Below, piece by piece: positions 39,180-51,854 of a stretch of 64,000 nucleotides of DNA. Position numbers and translations under genes: made by a program. Positions within the stretch are counted from its first letter, which is position 1. Every line of letters starts with the position of its first letter. The stretch spans positions 301,444,001 to 301,508,000 of the forward strand of contig OZ024743.1 in assembly GCA_964016885.1 (NCBI GenBank), read 5' to 3'. The stretch comes from Eledone cirrhosa (lineage: Eukaryota). The notes beneath the pieces are model-generated. The model saw only the letters and a list, made by a program, of their open reading frames with translations, made no database searches and had not been told where the DNA came from.

Positions 39180-40330
39180 TGGATTCAGTAATCTACACAA
39201 AAACCAGGTGGCGGACATGTAAACAACATAGTTGTCACTAACAGTTTCAGCCGTGAGTTTACTATACATTCTACAGAAATGTTCACTCACTCTAATAAAC
39301 CCGCTTATTAATGTAACCACATATACTTTTTCTTCATTCTGCCCTAGGTAATTCCCTAAGCGGAGTTTTCTATATACGCTTTCTGTCTACGTGACGCATT
39401 AGCCATCACGATTTACATTTACTGTGGTATAATTGCATATAGTATGACACTTTAGTTCGATGCCGACTCGGCCATACAGTGAATTTCATTTAGGACTTTG
39501 GGTTGAGTGACCCAACCTGAGGACTTAGGGAGATAACAGTTATTGCGGACCTGTCTTATTTTCAATTTCCTCACTGGTGTGCCGGCTGTGTATATACCCT
39601 ACTTTACTTCAACTGATCGTACTTTACTTTATTTTAGATTTAGGGTGTTTGTTGCAGAATGCCTATGCGGAGAAATCCTCTGGGTGTATGTTTTGGAAAC
39701 AGTATTATATCGCCTAACGCTTGGAACTGGAACCAATGGATGTTGTTCGTAGGGTGCTGGTATGATATGGAGATATCAACCTGTTACAAGGCGATATAAC
39801 TGGAGTGCACCATCCTTCCTATAGACAATTCTACATGGAAAGCTGCACCACCGCTAACCAACTATTCTTCTCTCGGACTCATGTTGGGAAGCTGTCATAC
39901 TCTGCTTGTACATCCTGTATGTGCACTGCTTGTGAATTGATGTATCTTTGCTTTTTTTGGGGGGGGGGGGGGGGGGGGGGGGGTTGTTCCTTTTTTTTTG
40001 TTGTTTTTGATCATGCTTAGTAACAGCCTCACTCATTTCTTGCTATCCTCTCCCAGCCTCCTTATCAAGTGTTGCACCATTTATGTGATACTTTTTGATG
40101 TCATTTTTAATGACATTTTATGACATTATGTGTGTCATGTATTGTGTGGTTTTCTACATATCGTTCGCCTTGGGACCCCCCTACTGGTCATTTTACCTTG
40201 TTCTGGTGGCTGAGCTTGATGGGGCCTGCAACCTTGTTTATAGGCTCTGATTATTCCTGCCATAGTGTATGGATGAAACACTGTTACCTTTCAAAACAAT
40301 GTATTTCTAAGCAATCTTTGGTTATTCCTT
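39180..40330 (+). mobile_element. Possible very old Neptune-type PLE relic
   Basis: Weak traces only: KTRWRTC (~39200), FRFRVF..E.LWV..LET (~39630-39700), and HHR-like ctgatta-ttcc..ggat-gaaacactgtta (~40246-40287). Confidence 0.3.
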
Positions 40331-40332
40331 AA

Positions 40333-40423
<91 letters not shown>

Positions 40424-40836
40424 AGCTGACATATAGCTCATATATATGTATATATATATATATATATATAAATATATCTGTCACAGTCACTCCTCTTTTT
40501 ATATACTCACACATACAATCTTTCTTTCTCGCTCTAGGAATTTTATAAAATCAAAGAACAAAAACACACACACATATCAGCGTGTTGAAAACATCCAAAT
40601 CGCTTCATTTAGCTTTTACTTTCTCTCTCTCTATATATATAACGGGATCTTCTGAAATTAGTTAGTTTCAGAAGATCCCGTTAAGGGTGAAAGCAGCGAT
40701 TCTTTGCTAAATCTTTAATCTGTTATTTTAATAAATATTTGCTCTATGGTTCTTATACATTTGATATATATTTATTCTTATCGAGCCCTCTTTGGATTTT
40801 AGTCTTGAAATTGAATATTATTACTATATATATATA

Positions 40837-40933
40837 CAATATATTAACAAATGGAAACTATATTTATAAAACCATATTTATTTCATTATACATAGTTTGC
40901 TTGTTGTATCCCACCAAATTATATATAACCTCT

Positions 40934-41006
<73 letters not shown>

Positions 41007-41100
41007 ATATTAACAAATGGAAATTATATTTATAAAACCATATTTATTTCATTATACATAGTTTGCTTGTTGTATCCCAACAAATTAAATATAACCTCTA
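40837..41100. repeat. ~97-bp direct duplication flanking a (CA)n(TA)n tract
   Basis: caatatattaacaaatggaa...ataacctcta at ~40837-40933 and ~41003-41100. Confidence 0.85.
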
Positions 41101-41474
41101 GATACACGTATATATATATATATATATATATATTCGAATACATGAATTTCTGATTTAAGTGTAAAGAAGCTGGAGAGTGTGTTAGCACAGATTGTGGATT
41201 TTCTTCTTTTCTTTTGCGATATTATTTATAGGGACATGTATGTGTATACAATTAACAGATATTTAATATATATTTACTAAATTCCAATTGTTATAGATGT
41301 TTCACATTTTCTACCTCTCGACATCGATAAATCTGGGAACAGATGCCTTCAGTCTGCAAGAATCGCCTGCCAAATTGGAAGGGCATCTGGCCAGCAGAGG
41401 TCACCTCAATAGTTGAAACAGTTGGTTGAGAGGAAATCATACAATTCTCTCTGCCATATTTCTTTCGCAATATT

Positions 41475-41634
41475 GTTTGCACCGCGTTATTATGTTGTAC
41501 GTCCCATTGTGGTCTGAGTTCAAATCTCGTCGAGGTTAAGTTTACCTTTCATCCTTACGGGGTCGATAAAATAAAATACCAGTAATGTACTCCGTTATTG
41601 CTGGCCTTGTGCCTAAAGTAGAAACAATTATTAT
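41475..41634 (+). mobile_element. tRNA-derived SINE
   Basis: gagttcaaatct plus the shared core and tail. Confidence 0.78.
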
Positions 41635-41771
41635 GTTGTACATTCAAGTCCCAAATTTGATGAGTTTGTGCACCAACACTGCAAGTTCATTTTATTATTT
41701 TTCCTTGTTTCCCCCATGTTTTATATCTTCCATCGTAAATATATGCAATGGAATATCAATAATTTGTTTCA

Positions 41772-42501
41772 TCTATATATTTAAAACAGAGAATGTCTGT
41801 TGGTCTGTCTCCCTAAAACTCGCGAACCACCCACCCGATTTTTTCAAAATTTACGCATGTAATAGTTTGAGCAAAAATTATTTCAAATTGTCTATGCCCT
41901 AGGGACCGCATTAGACGATTTAGTGATCTCTCTCTGCCTTTCTTAGTCTGTCACTTTAGATAGGTACATAACTTTGACGTCGCGCCCTTATAATATATGT
42001 CTGTATGTATGGCTGTCTGTCTTACGGCATTATGACACTATCTGTGTGTGTGTGTATATGTATATATATAGTGTGTATATATATATATATATAGTGTGTA
42101 ACGTTTTCGAAATATTTACTTCTGCGTCACAGATTGATTTTTTTAGTTTCAGAAGATCATGTTAAGGGTGAAAGCAGCGATTTTTAGCTTAAAATTTAAT
42201 CTGTTATTTTAATATATATATATATATAATTATTTATTCGTGTACATATATTCTTGCATACACAATAACAAAATATAAACAAACTTATTTATTTCACGAG
42301 GCTCGATAGCAGCAAACACAACAACAAAAAAGAGAGGGAACGCAATTACATGCTTTTAAAAAATCTTAATGGAAAATGATTTGCCTATTCACTCAAAGGA
42401 GACTTTTTATTAGGACTTCTGCATCAATTGGTGCACATACGACGAAACTGTTTCAGAAAGGAGAGATGAACAGGCCGAGCAACGCCGGGCCAGTCTGCTA
42501 A
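41772..42501 (+). mobile_element. Non-autonomous Helitron
   Basis: 5' A|TCTATATAT..aaaa..gtctgt..gtctgt..ccgatttt; 3' hairpin ccgagc-aac-gccggg then CTAA|T (a CTRR end). Confidence 0.7.
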
Positions 42502-44102
42502 TATTAGATAAAAGAAACATAGTTATGTCTAAGATTATATGAAGAGAAACGAGTACCAATTATATTAAAATCCATAGTAAACATTCGTTTAGACATACTA
42601 TATTTAATCTATCATTGTTAGATAGGAATTAACACTGAAGAACGTATGATGCCCGTTTAATAGTGGGTGAAATATTTATTCATGCATGTATATGTAAAAG
42701 ACTTTTTTATCACATGTTCAACCAAATAACATCTAGAATATTTTCAACTTGAACTAAAAAGCAATAAAATAATGTTAACTGCCAGGATTTAGGGTAAATT
42801 ATCAAAACCTAAACATCTACGTTGTGGATGTGACATTGAATTACACCGTTAAACATTTGTTATATAATGGCATTGTGTTTATATTTTTAGACTCATTTAT
42901 TCAATCAAAGTTATTCTCCACCATATGTAATTATTCTTCTCCTTCATTGTAAAATATTTCGACGCATACACACAAATAAAATATTGAATAAGTTATGTAT
43001 CCCCTAATAATAAATTGCTAACAAACAAAAACACAAACAATGAAAGAAAACAAAACAAATCAGAACCCCTAAAATCAAACATAGTCTAAAATATTGTGAT
43101 GTATAATCGTGGTAATACATAATTACATCAGGAAGATTTTCATTTATCAGTGACCGAATATAGTTGATTACAGCTACTCCACTGACCATTAACTTAGTCT
43201 GTACAAACATATTCTATGTTTGTAAGCAACGATTTCCATTAAAGTGACAGTATATATTATATACGACGTGTAGTAACGTATTGATATCTATGATGTATCT
43301 AAATGTCATTAAGCATGCCATACCACGTAAATCATAGAAAATAAAATCGGCGCAATTTCTGTATTCATTTACTCAATCATTCAGCCGTTATATAATTCAT
43401 ATTCTTTACGTTCCTTTCGTTTCTGCCCCTATCAGCATATATATATATATATACTATTAATATATAAGGGAACAAAGAATCAGTGTTGCATCATATACAT
43501 ATTTTATTACATTTTATATATGTTTCCATGTCGATCAGATCGACGACTTATCTATTAATGATCGAACCTAACTCTGGAATCGGAAGCACCCCAGTTTTAT
43601 TTTAACATGTAGGCTTACGTCTGAGAGTGGTTGAATGTTATCCCGATTTGTTCTTATATGCTACCACAAATTCTGTCATATATATATATATATATAGTGA
43701 AAAATGGAACGGGAACAAAACAGAGAGGCAGTGCAAACAAAGGTATATTAGTTTTACGCTCTTGAGAATGGGGCGGTGATGTATATATATATTAATATAT
43801 ATATATATATATATATATAGGTGAGTGTGGGTGTGCGCTGCAATAATCTGTATGTATATGTTTATGTATTCAAACAAAGTTGAAAGCATGCACATACGAG
43901 GTGAAAAGAGGCGAGCGTGATAAAGTAATTTGCGTATATTACTATACATTTCCCTTCTCTTTACATTACATTCTTTTTTGAATTGACCTCTTTTGTATTA
44001 GATTACCATTTTACTCTACTAATACGTATGATTATATGTGTTTTATGAATTGTTAAAAGGAATTTGCATTTGGATGCATTAGCTTCACCACGTAAAATCT
44101 TC

Positions 44103-44176
<74 letters not shown>

Positions 44177-46417
44177 GTTCGTTGTATATGTATGCGTATC
44201 TGTAGTATATGTGTGTAGTATATTTTGGTTGAAATCTATTAGAATATGTAAAGAAGATGACGATACCAAAAATGTAACAATTGGAAAGAAAAACAATTAT
44301 GAAAGAACAGAATAGTAATTTTCTATTGTATATTGTTGGCAACTCTTCCATTAGTTTTTCCTCCATTCTTTGTTTCTTCTCCATTGTAGAGATGTAGATA
44401 TTATACGTGTATTTAGAACTAATCTCTGATGTCTTTGTTTCTACCTCCTTCAAAATATTTCATTTCTTCAAGATATAAAATAATTGAAAGTAACAATAAA
44501 ATGGTATGAATTATGCAGCATTTGTCACGTCATCTTATTGCCAAGTGGTTTGTTTTCCTTTCAGTGGTATTCATAAAAATATCTACACACATGAATATGT
44601 ATATTAAGAAATGCTTATGTTGCATGAACGCTAATTTATAAACATGCCCACACAAACAAATATCCTACAACACGGATATACGCACATGCACAACTACACA
44701 AACACATATATATTTATATGTGTGTGCTTGCGGGTGCGTGCGCGCGTAATAAAGGCTGTGCGTGTACTACTTACGGATATAGATAAATGTCAATATTTGT
44801 AGAGCATCATGTATTATATTGCATATGTTCTACTTATACAGTGTTAAGAGCTTTTCATTACTGCTGATAACCGAGGTGTATGTACATGTACGCATGTGTC
44901 TGTGCTTGTATTGATTGTTGGTGTATGTAAGCGCTTGCGTATGGGTGTGTCCATGTGTGTATTTAACTGAGCCCACCTAGAGCTTAACTTAAATATCAAA
45001 CTTATCCCAATCAAATATATACTCGAAGTTAACAAAATATGATTACAGCCATTCCCACCAAGGGACTTTTAAATCCGGGGACTCGCATGGAGGAACCCTG
45101 CCTACACCATATCAATTTAAGCAAGTCTGTGAATTATTTAACATGAATGTAAACAAATCTAAAACAATCCAAATCTCTTTCTGAACTCATGAAAATACAA
45201 TCGATAAGTCTACATTAAACTCCAGATACCATGTCCATACTCCACATATAAAAGTCCAAAGGTAGGTTGACTATGAACGAGTGAAACCAGAACGGTGAAA
45301 TCTTGCATGCATTAATTTTAACACTTCTTAGTAATAACTTCTTTGTTTCTTTACAGCTAATATATTGAAAAATATACCGCTTTCATTCAATACATAAGAG
45401 TATTTTTGTCAGCTTAAGACTACAATAGAATATGTCACACGAGGCACCATAGAAAAAGACACATGTCAATTCTAACCAATATGTCAAACACACTTTGCAA
45501 AAACATATTATGGAAGAAAAAAAAAAAAAATACAGTGACAACATTATTAAGGGAGATTAAGATAAGAAACAAAATTGCATTACAAAGAGCATGAAGCCAT
45601 GAATATTGTATGGTAAAAACAATTAAATAATCTAAATAAACCTTCTTGAATTATCATTTCACTGGATCTATCTATCTGTAATTTCCGTCCATAAAAGAAT
45701 CAAACGTGTAAAATTATAGAAATAATAATTGGATAATCACTGGTGTTCATAAACGGAATTGGTCCAAGCTAGGGTTGTTCATACTCTGTTCTTTCGTCTT
45801 CGTAAACGCTTCGCACATTTTCTCAATTCATTACACGCAAATATTTACACATGTTTGCCTATGCTTAAGCCATACGTTACACACCCAAACACAAACGGCT
45901 TAATCCAATCTAAGCTACGACATACATGAAATTATGTTTTTTAAATGAAATAAGATGAATTTCCACACAGGTATAATTCCTAATAAATTATAACCATGCA
46001 TTGATTACTTAATCTGAAAAAAAAGGCATTTAGCATTCTTAATGCATATGTTGATTATGTCTGTGAGTTGTAGAGGCAACGTCTCATGTTGCCAGAAACA
46101 TATAGATGTTTGAACTAAATACATATATTGCAGTAAATGTACAAAATGCAAATATCAAAATATACGACTTCATCCGTCTAAAACTCAATAGAGCAGATAA
46201 AATCGTATAATTAGCATATATGTAACATCATGTATTTGAACAACGCGTCACACGTATCAACATAAATTAAAAAAACAAAAAGGAATACATAAATAACATA
46301 CTTATATTATATAATAAAAACGGATTTCCAATTCCACATATCTTATTTCACAATGAACGTGTCATAACAAAGAGAAACAAAAATGTAGATGTATAAGTAA
46401 CACTGTAGTCATTCCGT

Positions 46418-48412
46418 GAGTTTATGTAGTAGGAATAATCCTATAAGATCGGTGACCTCACCCGAGTCTCTCGCGCCCATACTGACGTCAAAGCGGGAGT
46501 CGGGAGCTCTCTTTATCCACTGAGATGATCGATCTTATAGGATTAATCCTACCTACATAAACTCCCTTTAAATGTTTCCTGTATTCGGCGGTGGATGATG
46601 GGCTCTTTACCCTCAAAGGGAACAACCCCAGTAGTACAGACCGGGTCCGCCAAGAACTAATCAACTTCTTCGGAACTGGGGATTTAGAATCACCCTACAT
46701 CCGTCCCTAACCTGAGTTAATTTCCTGGACGTTACACTCAACCTCGAAAATGATATGTACTACCCATACAAGAAACCAAACGACAACCTTCACTACATCC
46801 ACCGCCGCTCTAACCATCCTGGAAACATCACCAATAAACCGGTTTAAAACATCTGCCTCCGCTTATCTCGTTTGTCCGCTAATGAGCAGATATTCGATGG
46901 GCCTTATTACAACCAGGCACTCATGCGAAGCGGCTTTCTGGAGGGAATCTTCTTTTATCCACCATCCCTTAGCGGAACCAGCAGGCGGCGCCGCTGCTCA
47001 CGCCACGTAACGTGGTTTTACCCTCCCACAATGACGAGGTGGCAACACCAATCGGGAAAATCTTCTTTAGACTCCTCGAAATACACTCCCCACCACAGCA
47101 CCACTACCACAACATAATCAACAAAAACACTATCAAACTCTTTACAACACCACCTCCAACTTCGCACAAAACATCGCCTCCTCAAACGACATGAAACTCA
47201 ACTCCAATGGAAGAAACAACCTAGACATTAGTGGAGAGTCGACCAGGAGGTATATATGCCCTGATGGATCTACGTTCCCCCTCAATAACAGATGCCGAGA
47301 ACGTAACATGATCTACCAATGCAACGCGAGAAGGGAAAAGCATATATAGGATTAAGCGCTTGTGACTTTAAGACCCGGCTCTACCAATACCGACGTGCAT
47401 TCCGAAACCGGCCCGACGACAAGCCCCTACACTTTCGGGCCACATATGAGACCTCCAAAATAACAACATAACATACAATCTTAATTGGAGCTTACAGTAC
47501 AAGGTTAACTCCTACACGAGAGGACGCCGTCCGTGTAACTTATCTTCGGAGGAAACAATACAACTGCTGTTTACGAAGGACCACTCCTAAACAAAAAAGA
47601 CAAACTTGTAACTGATGTAAACACCGATTGCGTAGGACTTACCTCGCCCTCAAACCCCTCATGACCCGGGTGGGTAGAACATGGCTGCAACATCCTTCTT
47701 TTCCCCACTTGCTGAACAAGATTGGGGAAATCTCAGCATACATAGGTAGATGTACTTCTTTTCTGTTTTCCTTTGTCTCGCCTTTTCACTTCATTCCACT
47801 CCCTCTACCCGTTATTTTCCTTTCTCCTATTTCGCCCACCCTGAGGCAGCCCATCGGGCCTTTAAGCCTCAGTACCCCCACTGCAGTAAATTCTATATAG
47901 TATTGGCCGAAAACGCAATACCAACTAAAATATAGCAGCTGGTTTAGACTCAAGAGATTTTTTCTATTATTTGTTACTATTTAATATTTGTTATTGTTTT
48001 TATTATTTTTTTATTTAGTATCTTTTAATATCAATCTATTAACCTTTTATTCTATAACGTCCCACTCTCAAATCCTCCCAGAATTATTTTTCGCCTGCTT
48101 TCTACCTAACCTAATTTCATGTACACTCCTTAGAATTTGCTGTATAGAATTCACTTTCAACTCTTGACGGCCTCTACTCATTCCCTCATTGTTCTACAGG
48201 CAATTCAGCCACCCCACCACCCACTTACCTCCAAGAAAGAGTTAAATGTGTTTGCAAGAAATGTTGACCAATCCTTTTGACAACTACATTCTTCCCATAT
48301 AAGGGATTACCTCTTGAAAAGTTCACCTATTTATTACCACGCTAAAATACTATTTCAGTTCAGAAATAGTCGTCGAAACGGCTTGAGCTCTGCAGTCGGG
48401 GTTTAATATTTT

Positions 48413-48415
<3 letters not shown>
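46418..48415 (+). mobile_element. Degenerate 5'-truncated Naiad-type PLE with a short 5' inversion
   Basis: DLIGL..DDGLFT, FLDVTLNL, SNHP, YYNQALMRSGF, RHVTWFYPP, PLNNRC, YIG, PCNL..EE. Inverted arms 46418-46460 and ~46521-46564. Confidence 0.85.
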
Positions 48416-48472
<57 letters not shown>

Positions 48473-48866
48473 TAACTGTGTAATTATACGCTTTGGCAAA
48501 CGTGCGATCCATCAAAACGAACGGCCGTCTTCTAATGTTTATAAGACATCTTCAATATGCAAATATTCCTAAATGAATTAAACCAAATTCTGAACGCGAC
48601 GTTTGCATGAATTAGAATATCATATTCAAATATTTCCTTTATGTATATTGTAATATGTTTACAAAAAGCTGCAATTATTATTGCCACTTTACATACACTC
48701 TGCAAAATACAACGCCTTAAGCTCGGAGCACAACCCGACGAGAGACGGATACAGTAACAATATCGAGTGCCTCGACCAGCGTCTTCACTACTATATATAA
48801 GCTACCCACATATTAACCCTATATATATATACATATTTAATCTGTTATTTTAATAAATATATATAT

Positions 48867-49046
<180 letters not shown>

Positions 49047-49108
49047 TATGTTGGAAAAGTAAATAACGACATCAAGGGGTACAGTTTGGAGAGGTGTTAG
49101 GTATTAGG

Positions 49109-49143
<35 letters not shown>

Positions 49144-49489
49144 AAAATGTATGACCCCGACGACAGAGCTCAATCCTTTTCGACGGCTCCTCTACCACAA
49201 CTCCCTCGTTATTTATATATATATATACGATTATTGTAAATGCTAATGTGCCCTATTCCAAAAATCATATTCAGCATAAGAATAGTCTCACATGCTCGCA
49301 GCCCACACGGGTTATTAAAAACTTATAACATTAAGCCGCGAGGAAAATTCTACTGCACATAATATCGCTGTTTCCTGATGATATATTTCATTATAGTTCT
49401 CCTAGCGGAAAATTGCTTTTTAACGAATACACGATGTGCAAAATATTCCGCCCATGATCATATTTATATATTGCCATGATTAAATGTGC

Positions 49490-49659
49490 GTACTACTATA
49501 ACTACTACTAATGCTACTATCGCAAATGTTGCTGCTACTGGTGCAGCTGCAACTGCCGCTAGTACTGCTGCTACTGCTGCTACTACTATTACTACTACTA
49601 TTACTACTACTAATATTGCTGCTGCTACTATACTACTGGTGCTGCTGCTGCTGCTGCTT

Positions 49660-49709
<50 letters not shown>

Positions 49710-49731
49710 GCTACTGCTACTACTACTACTA
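49490..49731. repeat. (CTA)n/(CTG)n degenerate microsatellite
   Basis: Directly visible. Confidence 0.9.
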
Positions 49732-49832
49732 ATAAATGTATCCACTTCTGGTACTGGCATGATAAAAACATTCCTCTCACACGAACCAACAATAACTGTC
49801 TCAGTTCTTAACGGGTCATTATTTTATCTTGA

Positions 49833-49957
49833 ATTGGCAGCATTGGTAGAGGGTCAAACACGCTTTCCAGCGTAGTTACGTCCTTACGGGGTCGATAAAT
49901 AAAGTACCATTAATGTACTGGGTAATTGCTGGTTTGTGTCAAAAGGAGAAACAAATA
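49833..49957 (+). mobile_element. SINE with internal deletion
   Basis: Head matches the 28141 copy and is joined directly to the core. Confidence 0.72.
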
Positions 49958-50268
49958 GTTTATCTTCAACAGTGACATGTTTCAATATCTTGAGCGTGCC
50001 TTCATGTTTGCATCTCTCATTGCTCGACTGCCATAGATGTTCATTGCCTCTCATGATATGACTTGCATGCTGGAGATAGATGATACGTTTGATATGGCTA
50101 ATGTACAGTAGAAAATTGTGTTTGAAACACGGTTGATTTTTGTATCCTTCTTATCGTTCGGATATAGATAACGAATAGAATTAGAGTAGCTCGACTGTGA
50201 CCTATGTATGTAATCCTCTGCATTACTTAGTTATATGCGCGAAATCCCTTCTCTGTGAGATGTTGGAC

Positions 50269-50790
50269 GACTTTGATTTCATGGCAGTTACAAATCATTT
50301 TTAACTCCAACTTTAAATCCTGGTATCGGTTCATTTTCTCCCTCTCCTTTTCTTGCATTCTCGTGTCAAATGGTTAGACTACATCTAAAATGAGGCACGA
50401 TATTTTTTCCTTGTCCAAAACCACTAGGTCGGGGATATTTTGTTCTAATTACTTGTCCGCCGGTATCCTAAAATCCATAGCAACTTCACCTGATCGTTTT
50501 CTTTCACCGACTCTGGATTACACTCATACCACTTCTCAGAATGTGTTAAATTATTTAGTTTGCATAGATGCCAGTGAATCACCTTGCCTATCACAGCATG
50601 TCTCCAGGCTTTATTGTGAGTCTGGGCTAGGTGTTTACACTCGGATACAATGTGAGCCACAGTCTCCTCTCCCTCTCCACAGATCCTTCACAGTGAGCTA
50701 GCCTCCTCCTTGTCAATATGGTGTTTCACCCACTTCGTTCTGATGGCTTCCTCTTGCGCAGCCATAAGCATTCCTTCTGTAGCTTTTTTA
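50269..50790 (-). mobile_element. Internal fragment of Dong family A (CCHC/RLE region)
   Basis: KKATEGMLMAAQE, AHIVSECKHLAQTH, HSEKWYE; homologous to ~5205-5725. Confidence 0.9.
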
Positions 50791-50884
50791 GTAATATGGA
50801 CGAGATGTTTAATTGTCAATAAATATAATGAACATGTAACACCCCCGTCTATATTATTATACTCTGAAGTGGATTGGTAATATC

Positions 50885-51050
50885 GGTTGAGCATCAGACA
50901 GATAGCTGGGTAGCATTGAGTCATGGCCCTTTACATTCTGATTTCAAATCTCACCGAGGTTAACTTTGCCTTTCATCCTTATCGGGTCGATAAAATAAAG
51001 TACCAGTAATGCCCGGAATAATTGCTGGCCTTGTGCCTAAAGAAGAAACC
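50885..51050 (+). mobile_element. SINE
   Basis: Shared core and tail. Confidence 0.75.
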
Positions 51051-51203
51051 TTTGTTAAACTCTGATTAGTACAACGCCAAATAGCTACTGGAGAGCTCGA
51101 GTTTTCACTTTGGTGAACCTAGTGTAACTTGACGTAACAATCCCTAACATGTATATAAAATAAAATAAATAAGTCAAATGTTTAAATTTTGGCTTCGTTT
51201 ATT

Positions 51204-51258
51204 ACTACTATATATATTTCGGTGACAGCCATCTTTGGCTGTGACCTCTTCAGGCAGT
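51204..51258 (-). ncRNA. Type I hammerhead (left arm of the palindrome)
   Basis: Reverse complement of 51481-51535. Confidence 0.85.
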
Positions 51259-51480
51259 CCGAATTAGTGTGGTAGAGACGAGTACACATGTTGTTGAGGT
51301 GTATAACTTTGTCAATACTCTGATATGCCCAGTTCCTGGTTGGGTTGTTATTTCACTGAGGAACTTGAATTCTAGTTCCTCAGTGAAATAACAACCCAAC
51401 CAGGAACTGGGCATATCAGAGTATTGACAAAGTTATACACCTCAACAACATGTGTACTCGTCTCTACCACACTAATTCGG

Positions 51481-51535
51481 ACTGCCTGAAGAGGTCACAG
51501 CCAAAGATGGCTGTCACCGAAATATATATAGTAGT
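51481..51535 (+). ncRNA. Type I hammerhead (right arm of the palindrome)
   Basis: actgc-CTGAAGA-ggtcacagcca-aaga-tggctgtcacc-GAAA-tatata-TA-gtagt; complete core, palindromic stem III. Confidence 0.87.
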
Positions 51536-51799
51536 AATAAACGAAGCCAAATTTAAAACATTTGACTTATTATTTTATTTTATTTTATATATATATTAGG
51601 GATTGTTACGTCAAGTTACACCGGGTTCACCAAAGTGAAAACTCGAGCTCTCCATTAGCTATTTGGTGTTTATTTTATTTTATTATACATTACTCCGGTG
51701 TAACCAAACCAACCTGCGCACATCGTCGAGTGCTCCAATCTGCATACCGAGGTCTTGGCATACAACCAACATATACTTTTTAAAAAAAAGAAAAAATAA

Positions 51800-51851
<52 letters not shown>

Positions 51852-51854
51852 AAA

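Larger units (their letters stand above)
51073..51670. repeat. ~600-bp spacer-free palindrome centred on GAATTC (51367-51372)
   Basis: The arms are reverse complements; nearly identical in the inner part, with scattered differences in the outer part. Confidence 0.95.

Noticed and set aside
42500-46400. Unique-looking AT-rich DNA as possible host exons
   Set aside because: No ORF or splice pattern that I can support; small exons cannot be excluded without RNA data.
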